64,000 nt of DNA from Candidatus Polarisedimenticolaceae bacterium (GTDB taxonomy: Bacteria; Acidobacteriota; Polarisedimenticolia; Polarisedimenticolales; DASRJG01). The notes beneath the pieces are model-generated. The model was not told the origin of the DNA. It saw only the letters and a list, made by a program, of their open reading frames with translations, and did no database searches. Shown here one piece after another: positions 35,336 to 44,784 of the stretch. The stretch covers positions 12,394 to 76,393 of the forward strand of contig DASUCV010000015.1 in NCBI GenBank assembly GCA_036275915.1, written 5' to 3'. The translations under genes and the position numbers were made by a program. Position 1 is the first letter of the stretch. Each line of letters begins with the position of its first letter.

Positions 35336-35677
35336 ATGCGTAGATCCTGGCAGGGGCTCGTTCCGGCGTTGGTGATCGGGTTCGGAATCGTCGCCGCGAC
35401 GTTCGTGGCGAAGCACGCCGCCGACTGGGGGATCACCGTTCTCGTGGCGCCGGCGGTCCTCGGTACCATCACCCTGATCGCGGACGCGCTCGCGGGGCGC
35501 CGCCGCCCATCGCTCGGCGCGTGGATTCTCGCCGCCACGTGCATCTTCGTGAGCTTGATCGTCGGGCCCGAGGCACCTCGTGTGGCGGAGTCGATGCCGC
35601 TCATCGGCACCGTCACCTGGCTCACCCTCCTCCTGCCGAACAGCCGCCCGCAGCCGTGCTCACCGCCGCGCTCCTGA
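35336..35677 (+). CDS. Small membrane protein (3-4 TM), hypothetical
   Basis: Hydrophobic segments throughout. There is no family recognition, and the C-terminus overlaps the next predicted gene. Confidence 0.5.
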   Translation: MRRSWQGLVPALVIGFGIVAATFVAKHAADWGITVLVAPAVLGTITLIADALAGRRRPSLGAWILAATCIFVSLIVGPEAPRVAESMPLIGTVTWLTLLLPNSRPQPCSPPRS

Positions 35678-36117
35678 TCGCGGCGGCCGCCCTTCCCGTC
35701 CAGACGCTCGACGGCGTTCTGCGCGCGTATCCCGCCGACGCGGCAGCGCCGAGGTCGATCTTCGTGGTCTCGTATTCGAAGGCCGGCTCGAAGCAGGCAT
35801 CGGCCTGGACGAAGCGCCTCATGGACGAGCGGGCGGGAATCGCGGCCTCGCTCTTCCAGGTCGCGGTGATGGACGACGTCCCGAAGCTCTTTCGCTCCAT
35901 GGCGATCTCCGGGATGTCTCACGACGTCCCGATAGCGATGCACGATCACTTCTGGATCGTCTCGACCGGTGGTGCCGATTGGCGGGCCCTGGCCGAGCCG
36001 CCCTCCACGAAGGAGGCCTCGGTCTTCGTCGTCGAAGGACGCGAGAAGGTCGTGTGGAAGGGTCACGGTGAGCCGAGCGAGGCGGCGGTTCGAGAGCTTC
36101 TCGGGCTCTTCCCTTAG
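35656..36117 (+). CDS. Hypothetical secreted protein (153 aa)
   Basis: GTG start with a signal-like N-terminus VLTAALLIAAAALPVQT. Coding-like composition. Confidence 0.55.
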   Translation: MLTAALLIAAAALPVQTLDGVLRAYPADAAAPRSIFVVSYSKAGSKQASAWTKRLMDERAGIAASLFQVAVMDDVPKLFRSMAISGMSHDVPIAMHDHFWIVSTGGADWRALAEPPSTKEASVFVVEGREKVVWKGHGEPSEAAVRELLGLFP

Positions 36118-36122
36118 GTCCG

Positions 36123-36650
36123 ATGCGCATCCGGCTCGCCGAGACCTCGGACATCCCCGCTCTCGCGTCGGTCATCGAGGCCTCGGCGCGCGGGCTCAGC
36201 GACGGCTTCTACACGCCGCGGCAGGTCGAGTCCGCGATCAGGTACGTCTTCGGCGTCGATTCGCAGCTCATCGCCGACGGGACCTACTTCGCCGCGATGA
36301 ACGGCGAAGAGATCGCCGGCTGCGGCGGGTGGAGCAAGAGGGCGACGCTCTACGGCGGCGACCAGGCGGGAACGCGGTCGGCACGGCTCCTCGATCCGTC
36401 CCACGAGGCCGCGAGGATCCGCGCCTTCTTCGTGGCCCCGTCGCATGCGCGCGCCGGTGTCGGCACCCTGCTCCTCGAGGCGTCCGAGGACGCGGCGCGC
36501 ACCGCCGGGTTCCGCCGCATGGAGTTGATGGCGACCCTTCCCGGCGTACCCTTCTACGCGGCGCGCGGGTACGCCGCCTCGCCGCCGACGCGCGACACAC
36601 TTCCCGACGGCACGACGATCGCGTTCGTGCGGATGGAGCGCCTCCTGTGA
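36123..36650 (+). CDS. GNAT family N-acetyltransferase
   Basis: MRIRLAETSDIPAL... followed by the FFVAPSHARAGVGTLLL acetyl-CoA-binding motif. Confidence 0.85.
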   Translation: MRIRLAETSDIPALASVIEASARGLSDGFYTPRQVESAIRYVFGVDSQLIADGTYFAAMNGEEIAGCGGWSKRATLYGGDQAGTRSARLLDPSHEAARIRAFFVAPSHARAGVGTLLLEASEDAARTAGFRRMELMATLPGVPFYAARGYAASPPTRDTLPDGTTIAFVRMERLL

Positions 36651-37702
36651 GCCGAGACCGGATCGACCAAGCCCGCACACGGATCGCCGAGATCGACCGC
36701 GAGCTGATCGCGCGCGCCGCCGAGCGCCTCCGCCTGGGACGGACGATCGGCGAGCTGAAGCGCGGCCTCGACCTTCCCACGGTCGACTACACGCAGGAGC
36801 GCGCCGTCCTCGATCGCGCGCGCGCCGTCGCGGCGGAGCACGGGGTCGATCCCGAGATCGCGGTCGACCTGTGCGCCGTCCTCATCCGCGCCGCCGTGTC
36901 GGCGCAGGACGAGGACCGCGTGCGCTCGTCCGCGACCGGCAAGGGGCAGCGCGCGGTCGTCCTCGGGGGCGCCGGACGGATGGGGCGCTGGTTCATGAGA
37001 TTCCTCTCGGCCGAGGGGTTCAGAACGGCGTCGATCGATCCCGCCGGTCCACCCGACGACGCCGATGCGGCCACCGCGGACCTCGTCCTCTGCGCCACAC
37101 CGCCGGCGGCGACCGCCGCGCTGTATCGCGAGTGGTCGAGCTCTCCGCCCTCCGGCGTGATCGTCGACATCGCGAGCATCAAGTCCCCTCTCCTCGAGCC
37201 GATCGCCGCGCTTCGGCGCGCGGGGGCGCGCGTCGCCTCGATGCATCCGATGTTCGGGCCGTCGGTCGTGCTCTTGCGCGACGCCGACGTCGTCGTGTGC
37301 GACACCGGCGACGCTGAGGCCGGTGCGGCCGTCGAGCGCCTGTTCGCGCCGACGACCGCGCGTCTCGTGCGGATGCCGCTGGCCGAGCACGACCGGATCA
37401 TGGCCGATCTCTTGAGCCTCGCCCACGCGACGGCGATCGCCTTCGCGTACGCGCTCCCCGGGGTCGATCCGCCGGTGCGCAGCACGACTTTCCAGGCGCT
37501 CGAGGCGCTCGCCGCGCGCGTCGTGCGCGAGAGTCCCGACGTCTACTTCGAGATCCAGGCCGACAACCCGCACTCGGAGCGTGCGCTGGCGCGCCTGCGC
37601 GATGCGCTGGATCGGCTCTCGAACGCGGTCGCATCGCGGAATGCGGAAGCGTTCAAGTCCGTGATGGCGCAGGGTCGGCGGCGCACGGAAGGCGGCTCAT
37701 GA
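36647..37702 (+). CDS. tyrA: Bifunctional chorismate mutase / prephenate dehydrogenase
   Basis: The GTG at 36647 overlaps the previous stop. An N-terminal AroQ-type CM helix region (IDQARTRIAEIDRELIARAAERLRLGRTIGELK) is followed by a Rossmann motif (VVLGGAGRMGRWF) and the PDH core (DIASIKSP...HPMFGP). Confidence 0.85.
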   Translation: MSRDRIDQARTRIAEIDRELIARAAERLRLGRTIGELKRGLDLPTVDYTQERAVLDRARAVAAEHGVDPEIAVDLCAVLIRAAVSAQDEDRVRSSATGKGQRAVVLGGAGRMGRWFMRFLSAEGFRTASIDPAGPPDDADAATADLVLCATPPAATAALYREWSSSPPSGVIVDIASIKSPLLEPIAALRRAGARVASMHPMFGPSVVLLRDADVVVCDTGDAEAGAAVERLFAPTTARLVRMPLAEHDRIMADLLSLAHATAIAFAYALPGVDPPVRSTTFQALEALAARVVRESPDVYFEIQADNPHSERALARLRDALDRLSNAVASRNAEAFKSVMAQGRRRTEGGS

Positions 37703-38052
37703 AGCCGGCACCGATCAAGCCTCTCGTTGGGATCGCCGACGTCGCGAATCTCGACGTCCGTGTGGGAACGATCGTGGCCGTCGAAGATGTGGCGAGCTCG
37801 TCGAAGCTCGTGCGCCTGCGCGTCGACTTCGGCGACCACACGCGGACGATCCTCGCCGGGATGAAACAGGAGCGTGCGAACCCGAAGGAGATCGAGGGCA
37901 AGCAGGCGCTCTTCGTCGTCAACCTCGAGCCGAAGAAGATGGCCGGCGAGATTTCGGAGGGGATGCTCTTCGACATCGGCTACGAGGACGGGATCACGCC
38001 GGTTCTAGGGGTCCCGGAGAAGCCGGTCCCGAACGGTTCGAGGGCCGGATAG
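37699..38052 (+). CDS. csaA: tRNA-binding domain protein (CsaA/EMAP-like)
   Basis: LDVRVGTIVAVEDV..SSKLVRLRVDFGD...ILAG ... FVVNLEPKKMAGEISEGML is the classical tRNA_bind OB-fold pattern. ATGA overlap with tyrA. Confidence 0.85.
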   Translation: MKPAPIKPLVGIADVANLDVRVGTIVAVEDVASSSKLVRLRVDFGDHTRTILAGMKQERANPKEIEGKQALFVVNLEPKKMAGEISEGMLFDIGYEDGITPVLGVPEKPVPNGSRAG

Positions 38053-38121
38053 AAGAGCTTTTGGCGCCCTTCTGGTCTCCCTTCGCCGCGGAACCTACGT
38101 TCTTGGGACGGAGGAACCGCC

Positions 38122-38577
38122 ATGAAGGGACACCGGATCGCCTGCGCCCTCGCCATCGTCGCCGTCACCGCCAGCACGCGCTCGTGGGCCGGGCCCTACG
38201 CCGACGATCTCGCGAAGTGCCTCGTCAAGTCGACGACCGCCGCGGACAAGAGCAAGCTCGTGCAGTGGATGTTCGCGATGTCGTCCTTGCATCCGGACGT
38301 CAAGCAGCTGAGCGCGGTCTCCCCCGAGAAGCGCACCGAGCTGAACAAGCAGTTCGCCGGCATGCTCACCACGCTGCTCACGCAGTCGTGCTTGAACGAG
38401 ACGCGCGACGCGCTGAACAACGAGGGGCCGCAGACGCTCGCCCAGGGGTTCACCGTCCTCGGACAGGTCGCCGGGCGCGAGCTGTTCTCGAACCCCGAGG
38501 TCGCCGCCGGGATGAACGATCTCGAGGGCATGTTCGACAACGACAAGCTCGAGGCTGCGCTCAAAACGAAGAAGTGA
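38122..38577 (+). CDS. Hypothetical secreted protein (151 aa)
   Basis: Signal peptide, GGAGGAA RBS and coding-like composition. No family recognised. Confidence 0.65.
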   Translation: MKGHRIACALAIVAVTASTRSWAGPYADDLAKCLVKSTTAADKSKLVQWMFAMSSLHPDVKQLSAVSPEKRTELNKQFAGMLTTLLTQSCLNETRDALNNEGPQTLAQGFTVLGQVAGRELFSNPEVAAGMNDLEGMFDNDKLEAALKTKK

Positions 38578-38591
38578 GCTAACCTGCCTGC

Positions 38592-38900
38592 ATGCCGGGC
38601 GAGTTACTGCCGATCGTTTGCAATCTTGACTCCCTCACCGATGCCGAGCGCGCGAGGCGCGCCGAGCTCGCGGCGCTCGTGCGCGCGGGCACCCTGCGCG
38701 TCGTCGAGAACGAGACGGGTTATTCGATCCACCTCCGGCCGGGGAACGACGTTCTCGAACGCGCCGAAGAGCTGATCGCGCTCGAGCGGCGGTGCTGCGG
38801 CTTCATGTCGTTGACGCTCAGGCGCGACGATGCCGTCCTCGAGCTCTCCGGCCGCGAGGGGACGAAGGCGTTCATCGCCGCGGAACTCGACCTCCTGTGA
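38592..38900 (+). CDS. Hypothetical small protein with ERRCCGF motif
   Basis: 102 aa with a conserved-looking vicinal Cys pair (LERRCCGFMSL). No family recognised with confidence. Confidence 0.6.
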   Translation: MPGELLPIVCNLDSLTDAERARRAELAALVRAGTLRVVENETGYSIHLRPGNDVLERAEELIALERRCCGFMSLTLRRDDAVLELSGREGTKAFIAAELDLL

Positions 38901-39280
38901 TCCGCGTCGTGCGCCTCGGCACGGCGCGCGGGACCGGCGAGGGGGTCCGCGTCGGCACCGTACGCCACCCGCCCCGCGGGGTCAGGAAAGAAGAGCTCGC
39001 GCTCAGGAACTTCTATGACGTCTGGTTTCCGAACCTCGCGCCGAGCGCGAAGCTCGTCTCGAAGGGACGCGGCGCCGCGACCGAGCGCGCGTGGAAGGCG
39101 TTCGCGCGCGCGTACCGTACGGAGATGAAGAGCCCGGAGGCGCGGCGCACTCTCGATCTCCTCGCCGCGCTCTCCCACGAGTCCGAGTTCTCGATCGGCT
39201 GCTACTGCGAGGACGAGAGCCGCTGCCACCGCTCGATCCTGCGGGAGCTGCTCGCGGAGCGAGGCGCCGAGATCCGTTGA
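38897..39280 (+). CDS. DUF488-family protein
   Basis: GTG overlaps the previous stop. W...LAPS..L and the CYCEDESRCHRSIL end are hallmark DUF488 features. Confidence 0.8.
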   Translation: MIRVVRLGTARGTGEGVRVGTVRHPPRGVRKEELALRNFYDVWFPNLAPSAKLVSKGRGAATERAWKAFARAYRTEMKSPEARRTLDLLAALSHESEFSIGCYCEDESRCHRSILRELLAERGAEIR

Positions 39281-39294
39281 TCGCGCGCCGCACG

Positions 39295-39894
39295 ATGACC
39301 GTGCTCGCGTGGATCGTCGTGATCTACGCGCTCGCCCTCATCGTCGTGCCGGGGGTGCGTCCGCCGTTCCTGCGCGACCGCATCGCGATCGTGCCGGTGG
39401 CGGTCATCGCGCATCTTGCTGGAGCCGCGATCGCGCTCGCGCTCGGTCCGTTTCAATTCGATCCCGACCGTAGGGCGCGCGCGATCGCCCGCCATCGCTG
39501 GACCGGCCGCGCGTACCTGATCGGCGTCGCCATCGGCGGCATCTCCGGCCTCGTCCTTGCGCGCATCTCACAGGGCGGCGTCGTCGCTCACCTCGGCTTC
39601 GGGGCGCTCGGAATCCTCTGGCTCACGACCGCCGGCATGGCGTACGTGCGGATCCGAGCCGGGGATCGTGCGGCGCATCGCCGGTGGATGATCCGCAACT
39701 ACGCGCTGACATTCGCCGCGGTGACGCTGCGGATCTACCTGCCGGCATCGCTCCTTGCGGGCATCCCGTTCGACGCGGGTTATCCGGCGATCTCATGGCT
39801 GTGCTGGGTCCCGAACCTCGTCTTCGCGGAGGCATGGATCGCAAGACGCCCCGAAGCGGAAGTAACCGTTGCATCGGAATCGTCTCCGGCGTAA
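39295..39894 (+). CDS. DUF2306-family membrane protein
   Basis: Multi-TM protein with HRWTGR.Y and HRRWMIRNYALTFAAVTLR motifs typical of DUF2306. An alternative TTG start lies at 39277. Confidence 0.75.
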   Translation: MTVLAWIVVIYALALIVVPGVRPPFLRDRIAIVPVAVIAHLAGAAIALALGPFQFDPDRRARAIARHRWTGRAYLIGVAIGGISGLVLARISQGGVVAHLGFGALGILWLTTAGMAYVRIRAGDRAAHRRWMIRNYALTFAAVTLRIYLPASLLAGIPFDAGYPAISWLCWVPNLVFAEAWIARRPEAEVTVASESSPA

Positions 39895-39931
39895 GAACAG
39901 GCCAACGTCCGATCAGGGGGAGGTCTCGCTC

Positions 39932-40639
39932 ATGCTCACCGCCATCCTTTTCGCCGCGATGTCCGCCACACTCTCGGTTCCCGCGGACTCGATCGCCCGT
40001 CCTGCGGATCCGGTGATCGCGGCCAGAAAGTTCAAACCGCAGATCTTCACCGAGGAGTTCACCGGCGGAAGCAACGAGGGCGGCTGGAGCTGGGACGGCG
40101 GCTTCCCATCGATTCCACAGAAGGGCGGGAACCCGAAGTGGTACCTGCGCACGCACAACGACGACACCTACGCACCGCAGGTCGCGACCGCGTTCGGAAT
40201 CGACTCGGAATTCACGGGGAACTACCGGGCCAAAGGTGTCTTCCGGATGGGAGCCGATTTCCTCACCGAGCGGGTCGACTTCAGCGCTGCCGATCGGCCG
40301 ATCTCGCTTCTCCTGACCTCCGATCCGGGCACGCCCGACGATCCTTCGGACGACTGCACGATCTACACCGTCGGCACGGCGTTCGCCCCCGTGCCTGGCG
40401 AGGGCTGGCGTCACTACGAGTTCACGCTCGATCGCCCGGATTCCCATGTGCTTCCGGGGAACTGGCAAGTGCTCGACTGCAACGAACCGACACCCGATGC
40501 GGCGTGGAACCGTGTCTTTGAGGACGTCGACCAGGCGAAATTCTTCTACGGCGACCCTACATACTTCTTCGAGTTCCAGAACTTCACGGTGGGCGTCGAC
40601 AACATCTTCTGGTTGAAGTTCAGCGAGGATCTTCCGTAG
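39932..40639 (+). CDS. Hypothetical secreted protein (235 aa)
   Basis: The ATG at 39932 follows GGGGGAGG. It has a signal peptide. No family recognised. Confidence 0.65.
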   Translation: MLTAILFAAMSATLSVPADSIARPADPVIAARKFKPQIFTEEFTGGSNEGGWSWDGGFPSIPQKGGNPKWYLRTHNDDTYAPQVATAFGIDSEFTGNYRAKGVFRMGADFLTERVDFSAADRPISLLLTSDPGTPDDPSDDCTIYTVGTAFAPVPGEGWRHYEFTLDRPDSHVLPGNWQVLDCNEPTPDAAWNRVFEDVDQAKFFYGDPTYFFEFQNFTVGVDNIFWLKFSEDLP

Positions 40640-40651
40640 CGATTTCGTCCC

Positions 40652-41407
40652 TCAGTGGATCACACGCATCCCCTGGACCGTGAAGATCGGAGGATCGACG
40701 GCGGGGTTGATCTTCACGTTCGCGAGCGTGAGCTTGGTCGTGCCCTCTCGCTTCGCGTCGGTGAGCGTCCACGAGTGGACGATCGGGATCCCCGAGACGT
40801 CGCGCACGTCGGCGCCGATGAACGTGCGGCGCTTCTCGCCGCCGACGTACGCCTCGATGCGGATCGTGACGTAGCGGTCCTCGAGGACCCAGAAGACGAG
40901 CTTCGAGTACTGAGATTCCTTGCCGGGTGCCGGCACCGCCGTGACCTTGAAGCACGACGCACCGTCCTGCGCCTCCTCGCCATCGAGCGTGTAGGTGTAG
41001 GCGTCGACGTCTCGCTCTTCCATGTCCTCGTAGGTGAAGTGCGTGCCGAGGAAGCGCGTCGTTTTTTCCTGCTTGGCGACGCGGCGGTCGCGATCGATCG
41101 CGGGCGCGTAGAACCACTGCTCGGCGGGAAGCCCGGTGTGGGAGACGGTCAGCAGGCCGACGCCCTTCACCTCCGCGGGCTCGAGGAACTGGATGAGGCC
41201 CTTTGCGTCCGCGCCCCAGCCGAGATGCCACGAGCGCCACGACTTCGACTTCGTCTTCCCTTTCTCCTCGACGACGATCAGCCCTTCCGAGTACTCGCTC
41301 TTCGTCTTGCGCCTCTTGTCGACTTCGTCCATGACGGCGCGGCCGTCGGCGGGCTTCGGCGCGGGCACCGCGAGAAGGAGGAGCGCGAGGAGGGGCGCGA
41401 GTTTCAT
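40652..41407 (-). CDS. Outer-membrane lipoprotein-sorting (LolA-like) protein
   Basis: Signal peptide MKLAPLLALLLLAVPA. The body matches LolA-like 'outer membrane lipoprotein-sorting protein' family members found next to MacB-type transporters. ATGA overlap with the permease gene. Confidence 0.8.
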   Translation of the reverse strand: MKLAPLLALLLLAVPAPKPADGRAVMDEVDKRRKTKSEYSEGLIVVEEKGKTKSKSWRSWHLGWGADAKGLIQFLEPAEVKGVGLLTVSHTGLPAEQWFYAPAIDRDRRVAKQEKTTRFLGTHFTYEDMEERDVDAYTYTLDGEEAQDGASCFKVTAVPAPGKESQYSKLVFWVLEDRYVTIRIEAYVGGEKRRTFIGADVRDVSGIPIVHSWTLTDAKREGTTKLTLANVKINPAVDPPIFTVQGMRVIH

Positions 41408-43962
41408 TCGAACTCCAGCGCCTCGGCCGGCGAGACCGAGAGCGCGAGCTTGGCGGGATAGAGCGCCGCGACGATCGTCACGACGACGAGGAGAGGCAGG
41501 AGCGCCGACGCGATCCCCCACGGAAAGGTGTACGGGAGCGTCCAGCCGGTGTTCGCGGCGCCGATCGACTCCGAGGCGTACTTGATGAGATACGTCCCGA
41601 GCGCGTAACCGATGAGGCTGCCCGTCACCGAGATCCCGAGCGCCTCGAGCACGATGAGGGCCGCGACCTGGCGCCGCTCCGTCCCGAGCGCTTTCAGGAT
41701 CCCCAGCTCGCGCCGGCGCTCGGCGACCGAGATGACGAGCGTGTTCGTGATCCCGAGCACCGCGACGAAGAGCGCGATCACGAGCTGGATGTACGAGAGC
41801 GCGAAGAACTGGTCGAGGAGGCGATGGATGTTCTCCTTCATCTCGGACGCGGTCATCACGAAGAGCCGGTCGGTCTTCCCGGCGAGACGGCTGCGGATCT
41901 CGCGCGCGACGGCGTCCCGTGAGGCGGCGGGCTCGAGGAGGATGTCGATCGTGTCGACGCCGGTGTCCTTCCAGTACTTCAGGTAGACGCTTCGGTCCAT
42001 CCAGACCGTTCCCTGGTCCGACGAGTAGTCCATGACGATCGCCGCGATCGGCAGGGTGAGAGGGCCGCTCGGCGTGTCGATCGTCACCGGATCGCCGAGC
42101 TTCTTCTTGAAGATCGCGGCGAAGTTGTCGGACACGGCGAGGCCGCGTCCCGCGGGAACCTCGGTCACGAGGCGGTCGCGCGTTCCCTGGACGAGCGGCA
42201 TCTGGAGGCGCTTGAACGTGCGCGCGAGTGGGAGCGTGGCGAGGAACGGTCGCTTCTCGCCGTACTTCAAGTGGATCCCGCGGAACTCCTCCACCCAGCG
42301 GACGCCGGGGATCTCCGCGATCGTCTCGGCGAACTCCGGCGGCAGGCGGTAGGCCTTCGCGAAGAAGCGCTGGGAGGCCGTCACGTAGAAGTCGGCGTTC
42401 AGGACGCCGTTCATCCAGGTCGTGTAGGACACGCGGAAGGCGTGCGTGAGACCGGCGAGCGTGAGCACGAACCCGAGCGAGATCATGAGCGCGAGCACCG
42501 TCGCCGACGTGCGCCGCGGAGCCTGGAGGAGCGTGTCGGTCGCGATGCGGCCTTCGGCACCGAACAGGCGCTCCATGATCGGGCGGCCGAGACGGACGAT
42601 CGGGCCGATGAGCGTCGGCGCCAGGAGCACCGCCGCGCCGTTGATGAGGAGGAGGCCGAAGACCGCCCACGCGAAGCTTCTGGTCGAGAGCAGAACGACG
42701 ACTGCCACCGCCGCCGCGGTCATTCCGATTCCGGCGAGAACGCGCAGCCGTTCGGAGATCGGATCGAACCGCTGGAAAGTCCCGCGGGCGAGCGCCTCGA
42801 CCGGCTGGAGCCTCGACGCGGCGAGCGCGGGAAAGAAGGCGGCGGCGATCGCACTCAGGAGGCCGAGCGCGCCGCCGATGACGAGGACGCGCGGATCGAC
42901 GACGACCGTCGAAGCCGAGTGCGTCAGTCCGTAGGCGACTTCGGTGAGCCCCGCGATGAACCGCGTCGTCCCGCGCGCGAGGATCATCCCCGCGCCGAGA
43001 CCGATCGCCGAGCCGACGAGGCCGATGATCGCGCCCTCGACGAGGAAAAGCGCGAGGATCGTCCCCCGCGCGACGCCGAGCGAGCGCAGGATCCCGATCT
43101 CGCGGCGCCGGCGCGCCGCCGCGACGGCGAAGACGTTGAAGATGAGAAAGACGGCGATGAACATCGCCTGCCACGACCCGAGCGTCAGCGTCCGCCCGAA
43201 GTTCTCGATCAAGACCTCCATCTCGGCGCCGCGGCGCGACGGCGGATCGATCGCATAGCCGGGGCCGAGCGCCTCGGCGAGCCGCTGGGTCCCTTCGGCG
43301 ACCGGGAGGCTCGCGTCGAGCATGACGTCGACGCGGTCGACGAGGCGCCCGCGCGCGAAGACGAACTGCGCGGCGTAGAGATCCATGAGCGCGATGTTCC
43401 CGCCGAACGCGGTCGCCGGCCCCTCGGGCTTGATCAGGCCGCGCACGGTGAACGTCTTGTAGCCGTGGCCGGTCTCGAGCCGGAGCGTGTCGTCGATCTT
43501 CAGGTGCTTGCGCGCCGCGAACTCTTGCGTCACGCAGATCGAGTCGGGCTGCGCCAGGAAGACGAGCGGATCGTCGAGGACGTCCTGGTCGCCGAAGTCC
43601 CAGTCGCGGATCGCGCGGTCGCCGAGGAAATCGACGCCGAGCACCATGAGCGACTGCTCGCCTTCGCCCTCCGGCTTGACGACCGCCTCGATGATCGGCT
43701 GCGCCGCCGCGACACCCGGCACGGCGCGCACCGCATCGACCGTGGTCTCGGGAACTCCGGCCTCGCTCGACGAGACCTCGAGCTGCGCCTTTCCCGCGAT
43801 CTTGTCGACCGTGCGCCTCAAGGACACGCGCAGGGACGCCGACGACAGCTCGATCGCGACGTAGACACCGACGCCGAGCGCGACGCCCGTGAGCGTGAGG
43901 AGCGTGATGACCCAGTGCTTTTTGAAGTACGGCCAGGTGACGCCGCGGAGAAGGAAGAGCAT
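41404..43962 (-). CDS. ABC transporter permease with two FtsX/MacB-type domains (852 aa)
   Basis: Start at ATG 43962 (MLFLLRGVTWPYFKKHW...). It contains duplicated TM1, periplasmic-domain and 3-TM FtsX modules. The 85-aa extension in the track ORF was rejected. Confidence 0.88.
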   Translation of the reverse strand: MLFLLRGVTWPYFKKHWVITLLTLTGVALGVGVYVAIELSSASLRVSLRRTVDKIAGKAQLEVSSSEAGVPETTVDAVRAVPGVAAAQPIIEAVVKPEGEGEQSLMVLGVDFLGDRAIRDWDFGDQDVLDDPLVFLAQPDSICVTQEFAARKHLKIDDTLRLETGHGYKTFTVRGLIKPEGPATAFGGNIALMDLYAAQFVFARGRLVDRVDVMLDASLPVAEGTQRLAEALGPGYAIDPPSRRGAEMEVLIENFGRTLTLGSWQAMFIAVFLIFNVFAVAAARRRREIGILRSLGVARGTILALFLVEGAIIGLVGSAIGLGAGMILARGTTRFIAGLTEVAYGLTHSASTVVVDPRVLVIGGALGLLSAIAAAFFPALAASRLQPVEALARGTFQRFDPISERLRVLAGIGMTAAAVAVVVLLSTRSFAWAVFGLLLINGAAVLLAPTLIGPIVRLGRPIMERLFGAEGRIATDTLLQAPRRTSATVLALMISLGFVLTLAGLTHAFRVSYTTWMNGVLNADFYVTASQRFFAKAYRLPPEFAETIAEIPGVRWVEEFRGIHLKYGEKRPFLATLPLARTFKRLQMPLVQGTRDRLVTEVPAGRGLAVSDNFAAIFKKKLGDPVTIDTPSGPLTLPIAAIVMDYSSDQGTVWMDRSVYLKYWKDTGVDTIDILLEPAASRDAVAREIRSRLAGKTDRLFVMTASEMKENIHRLLDQFFALSYIQLVIALFVAVLGITNTLVISVAERRRELGILKALGTERRQVAALIVLEALGISVTGSLIGYALGTYLIKYASESIGAANTGWTLPYTFPWGIASALLPLLVVVTIVAALYPAKLALSVSPAEALEFE

Positions 43963-43964
43963 CG

Positions 43965-44651
<687 letters not shown>

Positions 44652-44655
44652 GGGA

Positions 44656-44725
44656 AGTTCACAGTTTACAGTTCACGGTCGACAGTTTCAGAACTGTGAA
44701 CTGTTGACTGTCGACTGTGAACTCT
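44656..44725. repeat. Heptamer array: ~5 direct AGTTCAC-like units followed by ~5 inverted units (GAACTGT), forming a ~70-bp imperfect palindrome
   Basis: Read directly: AGTTCAC AGTTTAC AGTTCAC GGTCGAC AGTTTCA | GAACTGT GAACTGT TGACTGT CGACTGT GAACTCT. It lies in the divergent promoter region between the ABC operon and the VWA gene. Confidence 0.85.
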
Positions 44726-44784
44726 CCGCAAGAAGCGTCCCCTTCGGGGATGCGGAGCCCACACCCTCGCGGTAACTTCCCACA

